Shown piece by piece: positions 18,584 to 27,213 of a stretch of DNA of 64,000 nt. Made by a program: the position numbers and the translations under genes. This DNA is from Bacteroidales bacterium (GTDB taxonomy: Bacteria > Bacteroidota > Bacteroidia > Bacteroidales > UBA10428): positions 1,353-65,352 of the forward strand of contig JAFGBD010000008.1 in the NCBI GenBank assembly GCA_016933335.1. The letters are read 5' to 3'. Under the pieces are notes generated by a model. It saw only the letters and a list, made by a program, of their open reading frames with translations, was not told where the DNA came from and searched no databases. Every line of letters begins with the position of its first letter. The first letter of the stretch is position 1.

Positions 18584-18698
18584 AAGTATCAGGTTTCTTT
18601 TTTCAACATCTCAAAGATAGGATTGTTTTATGAGAATGCCGGATTTTATCTTTTTAATAACTGTTAAAAAGTTAAAACAAACCGTTGTCTGAAAACTG

Positions 18699-20543
18699 TC
18701 ATCCCAGCTTTTTCTCCAATTCATCAAGGTTGATGATGGAGATGATTTTTTTACCTGAAGGCGAGTAATTTGGGTTTTCACATGCAAAGAGCTGATCAAT
18801 AAGAACCTGCATCTCGGTCAGAGAAAGGATAACCCCGTACCCGATGGCTGAAGATTTTGCCAGGCACCTTGCGACCTTCTCTTTGGTGCTTTTTTTAATA
18901 TCATCTTTTGTATTCCGGTATTCTTCAAGAATGGATTCTATCAGTTTTTTCGGTTCAGGATTTTTGATATCAACAGGACAACCGTTTACCACAATGGTAC
19001 AATTGCCAAAATTGCTTATATCAAAGCCAATGGCTGTCACATCATCAAAAATTTCATTTAACAATGAATAATCACGCGCATCAAGCTCAATGGTTTCAGG
19101 GAAAAGTGTTTGCTGGGCAATGGAACAATTGCTGGCCATGGAATGAATAAGCTTTTCATATAAAATCCTTTCATGGGCACGCCTTTGGTCGATTATCATC
19201 ATTCCTGATTTGACCGCAGTGATAATGTATTTCTTCCTGACCTGAAGAAAGGTAACCGGCTGTAACTGCTGATCCGGAGAGGGTAATTGCTGCTCATGCT
19301 TCTCGAGTGTTTCAAAGGATTCCGGATGATCGTCTTCAGATTTAAAACCTTCGTAAAACCTTTCCCATCCCTGTATTTTTTCTTTTTTAAATGAATCCCT
19401 GCCGGTTTTACCAACCGGCATTTTCTCATGTCTGTCATCAAAAGGATTATATTCCGGGTTTACAGGTATCTCCGGAGGTCTGACCTCAGTGTCTTTTCTG
19501 GTATATGGTATTTCAATACTTTCCTCACTGTTGAAATCGATGGAGGGTGCAATATTTGTTTTGCCAATCGCTTCTCTGACCGCAGCCTTGACTATTTGAA
19601 AGACAGCCTGTTCATCCTCAAATTTGATCTCAGTCTTGGTGGGATGAATATTTACATCGATGCTCTTCGGATCGCTCTCAAAAAAGATAAAATAGGATGG
19701 TATATGATCGGCCTGGAGTATCTTATCGTATGCATTCATCACAGCCCTGTGAAAATACGGATGCCTCATATACCTGTTATTGATGAAAAAAAACTGCTCG
19801 CCAAACTTTTTCCTGGCGAACTCAGGCCTTCCGATAAATCCCCTGATCTTAACGATACTGGTATCAGCTTCAACAGGTATCAGGCTTGCATTGACAGAGC
19901 GCCCGAATATGTGAATAATTCGTTGCTTCAGAATTGCTGCAGGCAATTTGTATGTCTCTGAATCATTATGGATAAGCTCAAATTCAATATCAGGATGGGA
20001 TATGGCTATCCGCATAAACTCATCCACAATATGGCGAAACTCGGTATTTGTATTCTTTAAAAATTTCCTGCGGGCAGGAACATTGAAAAACAAGTTGCTG
20101 ACAATGAAATTGGAGCCAGCCGGACAATGCACAGGTTCCTGCGACTTTACATCTGAACCGCTGATTTGTATTTCTGTACCCAGCTCCTCATCCGGTTTAC
20201 GGGTTCTGAGAGTAATACTTGCAATTGCTGCAACTGAAGCGAGTGCTTCACCCCTGAATCCCATGGTTCTTATTTCATATAAGTCTTTTGCTTCTTTGAT
20301 CTTTGAGGTTGCGTGACGCTCAAAAGCCAGCCTGGCATCGGTTTCAGACATGCCACAACCATTGTCAATGACCTGAACCGATGTTTTTCCTCCGTCCTTT
20401 ACCAGTACTGAGATGACTGTGCTTCCCGAATCTATTGCATTTTCCGTTAACTCCTTTACAACCGATGCCGGTCTTTGAATCACCTCACCTGCAGCAATCT
20501 GGTTTGCTACAGAATCAGGAAGAAGCCGGATGATGTCAGCCAT
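18699..20543 (-). CDS. mutL: DNA mismatch repair protein MutL
   Basis: LPDSVANQIAAGEVIQRPASVVKELTENAIDSG and GFRGEALASV (GHKL ATPase); 614 aa. Confidence 0.95.
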   Translation of the reverse strand: MADIIRLLPDSVANQIAAGEVIQRPASVVKELTENAIDSGSTVISVLVKDGGKTSVQVIDNGCGMSETDARLAFERHATSKIKEAKDLYEIRTMGFRGEALASVAAIASITLRTRKPDEELGTEIQISGSDVKSQEPVHCPAGSNFIVSNLFFNVPARRKFLKNTNTEFRHIVDEFMRIAISHPDIEFELIHNDSETYKLPAAILKQRIIHIFGRSVNASLIPVEADTSIVKIRGFIGRPEFARKKFGEQFFFINNRYMRHPYFHRAVMNAYDKILQADHIPSYFIFFESDPKSIDVNIHPTKTEIKFEDEQAVFQIVKAAVREAIGKTNIAPSIDFNSEESIEIPYTRKDTEVRPPEIPVNPEYNPFDDRHEKMPVGKTGRDSFKKEKIQGWERFYEGFKSEDDHPESFETLEKHEQQLPSPDQQLQPVTFLQVRKKYIITAVKSGMMIIDQRRAHERILYEKLIHSMASNCSIAQQTLFPETIELDARDYSLLNEIFDDVTAIGFDISNFGNCTIVVNGCPVDIKNPEPKKLIESILEEYRNTKDDIKKSTKEKVARCLAKSSAIGYGVILSLTEMQVLIDQLFACENPNYSPSGKKIISIINLDELEKKLG

Positions 20544-20553
20544 AGAAAATTGA

Positions 20554-20832
20554 TTAACGGAACAGAATTAAATATACAAGTGCCAGAAGAAAAATAAATA
20601 TAATCACAAGTCTGATTGAGCTGTACCTGTCCTGTTTTCTTGAACGCTGAATATATTCCCGCATGGCACCTCTTTTAATGCCTGACCTGAACTCCACGTC
20701 ATTTTTTATTCCCATTTCCTGTTCGATCCGACTGACTCTCTCATTGAATTCTTCCTTTTCTTTATCATAAAAAATCGGATTATAATGGAATTCTCTATGC
20801 TTGTTTATCTTAAAAAAACTTGGTAATGCCAT
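20554..20832 (-). CDS. Small conserved hypothetical protein with C-terminal TM anchor
   Basis: 92 aa, with a charged N-terminal part and a C-terminal LVIIFIFLLALVYLILF helix. It lies 10 nt upstream of mutL on the same strand. Confidence 0.5.
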   Translation of the reverse strand: MALPSFFKINKHREFHYNPIFYDKEKEEFNERVSRIEQEMGIKNDVEFRSGIKRGAMREYIQRSRKQDRYSSIRLVIIFIFLLALVYLILFR

Positions 20833-20936
20833 GATACTAGTTTATATATTTAAACAAATTTAGGGATAATTTATTGAACAAAGACTGCCATCCTTATAAA
20901 TGAATATCAAAAATCATGCAAAAAATAAACATGGTT

Positions 20937-21746
20937 TCAGGTTTCATTCAAAAGCGAGCCGCAATACTTGCAATAAACAGCATCGCTGTCATGCCCTTCC
21001 CTGGCACAGTTTGGACAAACCTGGGTATTTTGTGCTTTTTTGATGGAATTTGCCATCTCAAATCCCACTATGCCGGTTGGTACGGCTATTATTGAATAAC
21101 CAAGAATCATAACAACACCGGATAAAAACTGACCCACTGCCGTATGTGGTGTGATATCTCCATAACCTACAGTGGTCATTGTTACAATGGCCCAGTAAAT
21201 ACTTTTCGGAATACTCGTAAAATCAGAATTTTCCCCTTCAATAAGGTACATCAGGGTTCCGATGATTAACATCAATGTGACCAGGGCAAAAAGAAAAACA
21301 CTTATTTTTATCCGGCTTGCATACAATGCCCTGATTAAAAATTTACTTTCTTCCAGATATCGTGAAATTTTGAAAACCCTGAAAACACGCAGCAGTCTTA
21401 GTGTTCTTATTATCAATAAACTATGCGGGCCGGCAAAGAAAAATCCAAGGTAAGAAGGAAGGATTGCCATCAGATCAATAATTCCGAAAAAGCTGAAAAT
21501 GTAACCTGAGGGTTTTTTAACTGAATAAATCCTGAGTATGTATTCTATGGTAAATAAAATGGTAACGGTCCATTCAATGATCCTTAATTCTTTGTTCAGC
21601 ACCTGGTTAATTGAAGGAACGCTTTCGATAATTACAATAACGGTACTCAGAAGTATTATAAATAAAAGAATTACGTCAAATGTCTTACCTGCATACGTAT
21701 CTGCCTCAAAAATAATCTCGAACAGCTTTTTTCGTATTTTTTCCAT
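20937..21746 (-). CDS. Voltage-gated-type K+ channel (6TM ion transport protein) with C-terminal zinc ribbon
   Basis: S4-like LRTLRLLRVFRVFKISR (Arg every third residue), selectivity filter TMTTVGYGD, and C-terminal CPNCAREGHDSDAVYCKYCG. Confidence 0.85.
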   Translation of the reverse strand: MEKIRKKLFEIIFEADTYAGKTFDVILLFIILLSTVIVIIESVPSINQVLNKELRIIEWTVTILFTIEYILRIYSVKKPSGYIFSFFGIIDLMAILPSYLGFFFAGPHSLLIIRTLRLLRVFRVFKISRYLEESKFLIRALYASRIKISVFLFALVTLMLIIGTLMYLIEGENSDFTSIPKSIYWAIVTMTTVGYGDITPHTAVGQFLSGVVMILGYSIIAVPTGIVGFEMANSIKKAQNTQVCPNCAREGHDSDAVYCKYCGSLLNET

Positions 21747-21913
21747 AATATTGAATCATTTAAATAAATCTCTTTTGTTAAGTAATCTGCTATATTCATA
21801 TATTTCAATGTCTGTAAGGGATACAGCAAAGCCTGTCCTGATATACCGGGTTTATTACGGCTGTTATGCTTTTAATAAGCTCATTGTCAGCATGACGCCT
21901 CTGTTCGCTTATA

Positions 21914-21950
21914 TTTGCATTAAAAATAGTGTAACTTTGCCGCAAACAAC
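21914..21950 (+). promoter_or_regulatory. Candidate promoter heading the ~270-nt gmhA leader
   Basis: TAACTTTG at 21932-21939 matches the TAnnTTTG -7 consensus. An upstream TTTG lies at only N14. The block TGTAACTTTGCCGCAAACAAC recurs upstream of coaX (51060-51080). Confidence 0.35.
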
Positions 21951-22129
21951 CAATTATTTTAAATTCTTCAAAATATAGGATAAAAATAGCCTATTTTAGA
22001 GTAATAAAATCAATCATTGGATTGAACCTGTCAGAACAAAGAAATATGATACCGAACCAAGACTCTTCATTCAGGAATTACGCACAAATGAAGTTATATT
22101 GATTATAAAAAAAGGATGCAGGAAAGTTA

Positions 22130-22189
22130 TCCCGATAAATCGGGACAGGATCCTGACAAGTAGGCCGGGACGGGCTATGTGACCAATAA
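22130..22189 (+). repeat. Hairpin/A-rich cassette, copy A (two hairpin modules plus conserved tail)
   Basis: TCCCGA-taaa-TCGGGACAGG (22130-22149), followed by a 38-nt block at 22152-22189 that is 33/38 identical to the reverse complement of 27149-27186. Confidence 0.7.
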
Positions 22190-22208
22190 CTAAATAAAAA
22201 CTAAACAC

Positions 22209-22778
22209 ATGAAAATAATAAAGCAAAGTTTTATTGAAGCAAAAAAAATGATTGATGACTTTGCAGCTGACGATACAAATATTGAGAAAATAAAAATGGC
22301 CGGAGAACTTATGACTGAATGTGTCAGAAATAATCATAAAATAATATCCTGTGGCAATGGTGGCTCAATGAGCGATGCCATGCATTTTGCAGAGGAACTT
22401 TCCGGATTATTCAGGGAACTCCGGCCGGCCATCGCTGCTATATCCATTTCTGATCCTTCACATATCACCTGTGCTGCCAATGACTTTGGTTTTGAAAATA
22501 TATTTTCAAGATATATTGAAGGGATCGGACAGCCCGGGGATGTCCTGCTTGCAATCAGTACCAGCGGCAATTCGCAGAATATTGTGAATGCTGCACTGGC
22601 AGCAGGGAAAAAGAAGATGAAAGTAGTTGCTCTTACCGGTAAGGATGGCGGTAAGATGAAGGATCACTGCGATATTGAAATCAGGGCTCCTTATTCAAAG
22701 TACTCCGATCGTACACAGGAAATACACATCATGATTATCCATTGCCTGATACAATTCATCGAATCTTATATATCATGA
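22209..22778 (+). CDS. gmhA: D-sedoheptulose-7-phosphate isomerase (SIS domain, GmhA/DiaA family)
   Basis: SCGNGGSMSDAMHFAEEL, ISTSGNSQNIVNA, LTGKDGG and TQEIHIMIIHCL. Confidence 0.8.
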   Translation: MKIIKQSFIEAKKMIDDFAADDTNIEKIKMAGELMTECVRNNHKIISCGNGGSMSDAMHFAEELSGLFRELRPAIAAISISDPSHITCAANDFGFENIFSRYIEGIGQPGDVLLAISTSGNSQNIVNAALAAGKKKMKVVALTGKDGGKMKDHCDIEIRAPYSKYSDRTQEIHIMIIHCLIQFIESYIS

Positions 22779-23437
22779 TCCGAAGGATAATTATAATCAT
22801 TTCAGTTTTATTGTTATGTGCCGGGTGTTTTGAGGACAACATCACAAAGGTCTCGGATTCCGTACTGATCAGTTCAAGTTATTCCCTTCCCGTTGGTGAA
22901 GTTGAATATAATATCAACAGCTATTTCGAGATGCTTGATACTGTTCAGATACCCTGGCCCGACTCGGTAGCTTATAATGATACGGTCTACCCGAATATAT
23001 TTCATATTGTTGATACAATTGATTTAAAACAATTCGAATTTGAAAGCCATGGCGGCAGTTCCGATAAAATAAAATCGATCATGTTCAGGCTGATCATTCA
23101 AAACAGTTACCCGACTGAAGCTACGGCTCAGGTTTATTTCATTATCAGTCAGAGCCGGGTTGACTCCCTGTTTGAGAGTGGCAGGGAGATTATACCTCCT
23201 GCCTCAATCGACCATAATGGAATTGTGACTGAACCAAGCATCACAATTAAAGACATATATACTTCGCAAACGCTGCTGGATAATATGGGATATTATACGA
23301 ACATCGAGATACACGGAGAAGTATATACCACACGACCTGATATCAGAATTGTGAAGTTTTATCCTGAATATGAACTCAGAATTCATATCGGTGCCCGCAT
23401 AGAGATAGAATATAATTTAAATGATATTAGATTTTAA
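22775..23437 (+). CDS. Hypothetical lipoprotein
   Basis: The likely start MIRRIIIIISVLLLCAGC at 22775 forms an ATGA overlap with the gmhA stop. Signal peptide plus lipobox are present, and I recognise no known domain. Confidence 0.6.
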   Translation: MIRRIIIIISVLLLCAGCFEDNITKVSDSVLISSSYSLPVGEVEYNINSYFEMLDTVQIPWPDSVAYNDTVYPNIFHIVDTIDLKQFEFESHGGSSDKIKSIMFRLIIQNSYPTEATAQVYFIISQSRVDSLFESGREIIPPASIDHNGIVTEPSITIKDIYTSQTLLDNMGYYTNIEIHGEVYTTRPDIRIVKFYPEYELRIHIGARIEIEYNLNDIRF

Positions 23438-23457
23438 AGGCCAGGCTGGACAAAATC

Positions 23458-24885
23458 ATGCGTAGAATCCTTTTAATAATTATATTGGCTGGCACTATCA
23501 AAATTTACGGGCAACAAAATCATACCCTTTATTTTCTAAACAATGTTCCGCAGACCAACATGCTTAACCCGGCTGTTCAGACTGAATGCAAGGTTTTTAT
23601 CGGCCTGCCTGTAATCTCCTCGCTGCATATTAATCTTGCCAACAGCGGTTTCACCATGAACCAGCTTCTTGATTCACAGGATTCGAGCGAATATTCAATT
23701 GATGCAGCAACCATTCATGATAAACTGGGCAAAAGAAACTATTTGAGCTCAGAGTTGTATGCCGACCTGCTGAATGTCGGAATTAAAATAAAAAAAAGAT
23801 ATTATTTCACTTTTGCCATCAGGGAAAGAAATGATCTGAACCTGTTTTATACTAAAAATCTGTTTTCTCTCGCCTATAAAGGCAATACCCAATATGAGGG
23901 CGAATGGGTCAGCCTGAAAGGAAACGGATTGCAGTTTAACCATTTCAGGGAATTCAGCCTGGGAATATCAAAAATCATTGATGAATATACAACCTGGGGC
24001 ATCAGGGCAAAACTGCTGTTTGGCAAGTTGAACTTAAAAACCAGTCGTGAAAATGTCAGTTTGTTTACTGAAGAGAACACCTTTGACCTGTTTTTTAAGG
24101 GTGATTTCCGGGCTGACGCTTCTTTACCGGTCAGCCTCGATTCAGCTGACGGCAATCTCAGACCGGATTACGAGTATTATTCAACAGATCCTGTGGGTCT
24201 GATTTTTAACAGGCAGAATACGGGTATTGCAGTCGATGCGGGTTTTATTCATCATTACGATGAAAAGATAACATTACATGGAAGCCTGCTGGATCTCGGA
24301 CTGATTCCCTATCGTTCAGATCTTACCAATTACAGTGTGAATGGAGAATATGTATATACGGGGCCACTGGGTGACACGATCATTACCGAAGATTATATAG
24401 AAGAAGTATTCGACCGCATCAACGATTCGATGGATGTTTCTCTTACACGTGAATCATACATTTACGTTTTATCTCCAAGGCTGTATCTGGGAATTTCATA
24501 TCAGTTGAACAGGAACACTTCCGTTAATGCATTGCTGGCAGCAAGGTTCTGGAAACAAAAAATACAAACAGGTTTAACAATTACCGGTACCTGGAGACCA
24601 TATTACTGGTTTGCTGCAACCGCCAGCTGGTCTTATTTTCATCGTAGTATCAATAATATCGGAGCGGGGATTGTGCTGGGAAGAAACCCGGTTCAGTTCT
24701 ATCTGGTAAGTGATAATGTTCCGGGATTCATATGGCCACAAAGCACCAAAAACCTGAATCTGCGTTTCGGATTCAACATGATCTTCGGATGCCGTGAAAA
24801 ACACAGTATTAAGGAATGCGGCTGCTACTGGCTGAGAGAAGCAGAAAAACGCAATGAACGAAAGCAGAAACTAATCCGGAAGTAA
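23458..24885 (+). CDS. Predicted outer-membrane beta-barrel protein, possibly distantly PorP/SprF-like
   Basis: Signal peptide (IKIYGQQ). The mature N-terminus QQNHTLYFLNNVPQTNMLNPAV resembles the QQ..Y/F..N....NPA start of PorP/SprF-family proteins. Alternating beta-strand-like composition is seen throughout. The basic, Cys-containing C-terminal tail (CREKHSIKECGCYW...) is unusual. Confidence 0.55.
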   Translation: MRRILLIIILAGTIKIYGQQNHTLYFLNNVPQTNMLNPAVQTECKVFIGLPVISSLHINLANSGFTMNQLLDSQDSSEYSIDAATIHDKLGKRNYLSSELYADLLNVGIKIKKRYYFTFAIRERNDLNLFYTKNLFSLAYKGNTQYEGEWVSLKGNGLQFNHFREFSLGISKIIDEYTTWGIRAKLLFGKLNLKTSRENVSLFTEENTFDLFFKGDFRADASLPVSLDSADGNLRPDYEYYSTDPVGLIFNRQNTGIAVDAGFIHHYDEKITLHGSLLDLGLIPYRSDLTNYSVNGEYVYTGPLGDTIITEDYIEEVFDRINDSMDVSLTRESYIYVLSPRLYLGISYQLNRNTSVNALLAARFWKQKIQTGLTITGTWRPYYWFAATASWSYFHRSINNIGAGIVLGRNPVQFYLVSDNVPGFIWPQSTKNLNLRFGFNMIFGCREKHSIKECGCYWLREAEKRNERKQKLIRK

Positions 24886-24998
24886 AAATCAACTGTTGAG
24901 GATTAAAACTTTTTGTTTATATAACCTTGCAGCATTTATATTACTATTGCGGGGTGATTTAAAATGATATCTGTAACCGCCAGGCTGTTGAATCATTA

Positions 24999-25790
24999 TT
25001 ATGGTTGCATCCCGGATGTCCCTCGTATCATTTTTACAAATCTTCGAATGTTCTCTTCCAGATTACCCTTTTCAGACAGAGCCCTGATAAAAGCGCTGCC
25101 GATGATGGCTCCGTTAGCGTATTTGCAGGCTCTTTGAAAGGTTTCATGATTTGAAATACCAAAACCTATCAGCCGTGGATTCTTCAGGTTCATCTGCTGC
25201 AACCTCAGGAAATAGTCCTCCTGTTCTTTGACTATTTTTTCTCTTGCACCTGTTGTCGAGGATGAAGAGACCATGTAAATAAAGCCGTTGCTGATAGCAT
25301 CTATCTTCCGGATCCGGTCTTCACTTGTCTGGGGTGAGACAAGGAATATCTTGTGCAGCTCATTTTTTTCGAAAACTGCCCGGTATTTTTCAATGTATAT
25401 TTCAAACGGCAGATCAGGCAGAATGACCCCGTCCAGTCCCAGCTCGTTGCATTTTTTACAGAAATCCCCAATCCCGTATTGAATCACAGGATTCAAATAA
25501 CCCATCATGATCAGGGGAATACTAACCTGTGAGCGTATATCCTCCAGTTGCCGGAATAATAACCTGAGGTTCATCCCGTTTTTCAATGCTTTATCATTGC
25601 TTTGCTGAATAACAGGACCGTCAGCCATCGGATCACTGAATGGCATGCCTATTTCTACCATATCAACCCCGCTTTCTGCCAGTACTGTAATAATTTCTAC
25701 CGTATCCTCCAATCCGGGATAACCTGCTGTGAAATAAACAGAAAGGATTTCCGATTGTTTCTTTGCAAATAAAATATTCAGGTGGTTCAT
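24999..25790 (-). CDS. trpA: Tryptophan synthase alpha chain
   Basis: EIGMPFSDPMADGPVIQ; last gene of the trp operon. Confidence 0.95.
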   Translation of the reverse strand: MNHLNILFAKKQSEILSVYFTAGYPGLEDTVEIITVLAESGVDMVEIGMPFSDPMADGPVIQQSNDKALKNGMNLRLLFRQLEDIRSQVSIPLIMMGYLNPVIQYGIGDFCKKCNELGLDGVILPDLPFEIYIEKYRAVFEKNELHKIFLVSPQTSEDRIRKIDAISNGFIYMVSSSSTTGAREKIVKEQEDYFLRLQQMNLKNPRLIGFGISNHETFQRACKYANGAIIGSAFIRALSEKGNLEENIRRFVKMIRGTSGMQP

Positions 25791-25855
25791 ATATTACTGA
25801 TTGAAATTTAAAAAGCATTCTTTATCATGCCGGTAATTTAAAAATCAGGATATCC

Positions 25856-27043
25856 TTACAGAAATGAATCCATATATTTGATATATGTTGCCAGGTCTTT
25901 ATCTCCCCGGCCTGAAAGATTAACGACCACAACATCGTCAGGTCTGAACTTTTTCTTTTCCAGGGCAGCCAGTGCGTGCGCAGATTCAAGGGCGGGAATG
26001 ATACCTTCCAGCCTGGCCAGCTGAAATGCTGCTTTTAAAGCTTCATCATCTGTTGCATGATCAAATTTTACCCTTCCTGTCTTAAAAAGGTGACTGTGAA
26101 TCGGGCCGACACCAGGGTAATCCAGACCTGCGGAAATTGAGTAGGGCTCGGTAACCTGTCCGTCCTCATCCTGCATCAGCATGGAAAAACACCCGTGAAG
26201 AACACCAGGCCTGCCAAGTACCATTGTCGCAGCTGACTCTCCGGAGTCAATACCTTTCCCGCTGGCTTCAACTGCAATCATTTTCACATGATTATCATAC
26301 AGATAATGATAATATGCTCCGGCAGCATTGCTGCCACCGCCCACGCATGCAATGATGTAATCAGGAGCTTCCCTTCCTGTTTTTTCTTTCAGCTGCCATT
26401 TCATTTCTTCGCTGATGACCGATTGCAGTTTTGCAACCAGGTCGGGGTATGGATGCGGACCCACAACCGAACCAATGATGTAATGCGTGTCAACGGGATT
26501 ATTGATCCAGTCTCTTATGGCCTCATTGGTTGCATCTTTCAGGGTCATATTACCGCTGTAGACAGGAATAACCTCTGCGCCAAGCATTTTCATGCGGAGA
26601 ACATTTGGTTGCTGGCGCTCAACATCAAGCTGCCCCATGTAAACGATGCATTTGATCCCTTTAAGTGCACAAACGGTTGCAGTTGCCACCCCATGCTGAC
26701 CTGCCCCTGTCTCTGCAATGATCCTCGTCTTGCCCAGCCGCCCGGCAATCAGGATCTGTCCGATCGTGTTGTTGATCTTATGTGCTCCTGTATGGGTTAA
26801 ATCTTCCCGCTTAAGATATATGTTGGTGTGATGAAGCTCCGATAGCCTGGCGGAGTGGTATAAAGGAGTCGGTCTTCCGGCATAGTCTTTTAAGAGGTTA
26901 CGGAATTCCTCCTGAAATCCCGGATCAGCAAGAATCTCAAGATAATTATCCTGTAATTCCCTGATGTTCGGATACATCATCTCCGGTATGAACACCCCTC
27001 CAAATTCTCCATAAAACCCTTTTTTATTAACATCATATTTCAT
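25856..27043 (-). CDS. trpB: Tryptophan synthase beta chain
   Basis: [15 protein letters not shown] (PLP Lys) and VGGGSNAAG. Confidence 0.95.
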   Translation of the reverse strand: MKYDVNKKGFYGEFGGVFIPEMMYPNIRELQDNYLEILADPGFQEEFRNLLKDYAGRPTPLYHSARLSELHHTNIYLKREDLTHTGAHKINNTIGQILIAGRLGKTRIIAETGAGQHGVATATVCALKGIKCIVYMGQLDVERQQPNVLRMKMLGAEVIPVYSGNMTLKDATNEAIRDWINNPVDTHYIIGSVVGPHPYPDLVAKLQSVISEEMKWQLKEKTGREAPDYIIACVGGGSNAAGAYYHYLYDNHVKMIAVEASGKGIDSGESAATMVLGRPGVLHGCFSMLMQDEDGQVTEPYSISAGLDYPGVGPIHSHLFKTGRVKFDHATDDEALKAAFQLARLEGIIPALESAHALAALEKKKFRPDDVVVVNLSGRGDKDLATYIKYMDSFL

Positions 27044-27063
27044 ACGTAATATATTTGTTTTAT

Positions 27064-27147
27064 TTATTCACTTCGTTCATGAGATCGCTCATTTCATTCG
27101 CTAAGTTATTCACTTCGTTCATGAGATCGCTCATTTCATTCGCTAAG
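27064..27147 (-). repeat. Perfect tandem duplication, 2 x 42 nt, in the trpF-trpB spacer
   Basis: TTATTCACTTCGTTCATGAGATCGCTCATTTCATTCGCTAAG occurs at 27064-27105 and again, identical, at 27106-27147, followed by a partial TTATT. Each unit contains ATGAG-cgat-CTCAT. Confidence 0.95.
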
Positions 27148-27148
27148 T

Positions 27149-27187
27149 TTATTGGTCTCATAGCCTGTCCCGACTTACTTGTCGGGA
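27149..27187 (-). repeat. Hairpin/A-rich cassette, copy B
   Basis: The minus strand reads TCCCGAC-aagtaa-GTCGGGA (perfect 7-bp stem, 27168-27187), then CAGGCTATGAGACCAATAA. It is 33/38 identical to 22152-22189. Confidence 0.7.
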
Positions 27188-27213
27188 ACCTCAATTTCTT
27201 AAAATGCATTTAC

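Noticed and set aside
22100-22208. The structured gmhA leader as a known small RNA (SRP/4.5S, 6S).
   Set aside because: It has no GGAAGCAGC-type SRP domain IV motif and no 6S-like extended bulged helix. Its similarity to the trp spacer cassette explains the hairpins better.
27060-27161. 33-codon minus-strand ORF, MRPI([14 protein letters not shown])x2K, in the trpF-trpB spacer as a real gene.
   Set aside because: The homologous cassette copy upstream of gmhA has ATG followed directly by TGA at the same position. The reading frame is therefore not a conserved property of the element. It is kept only as a caveat in the tandem-repeat finding.
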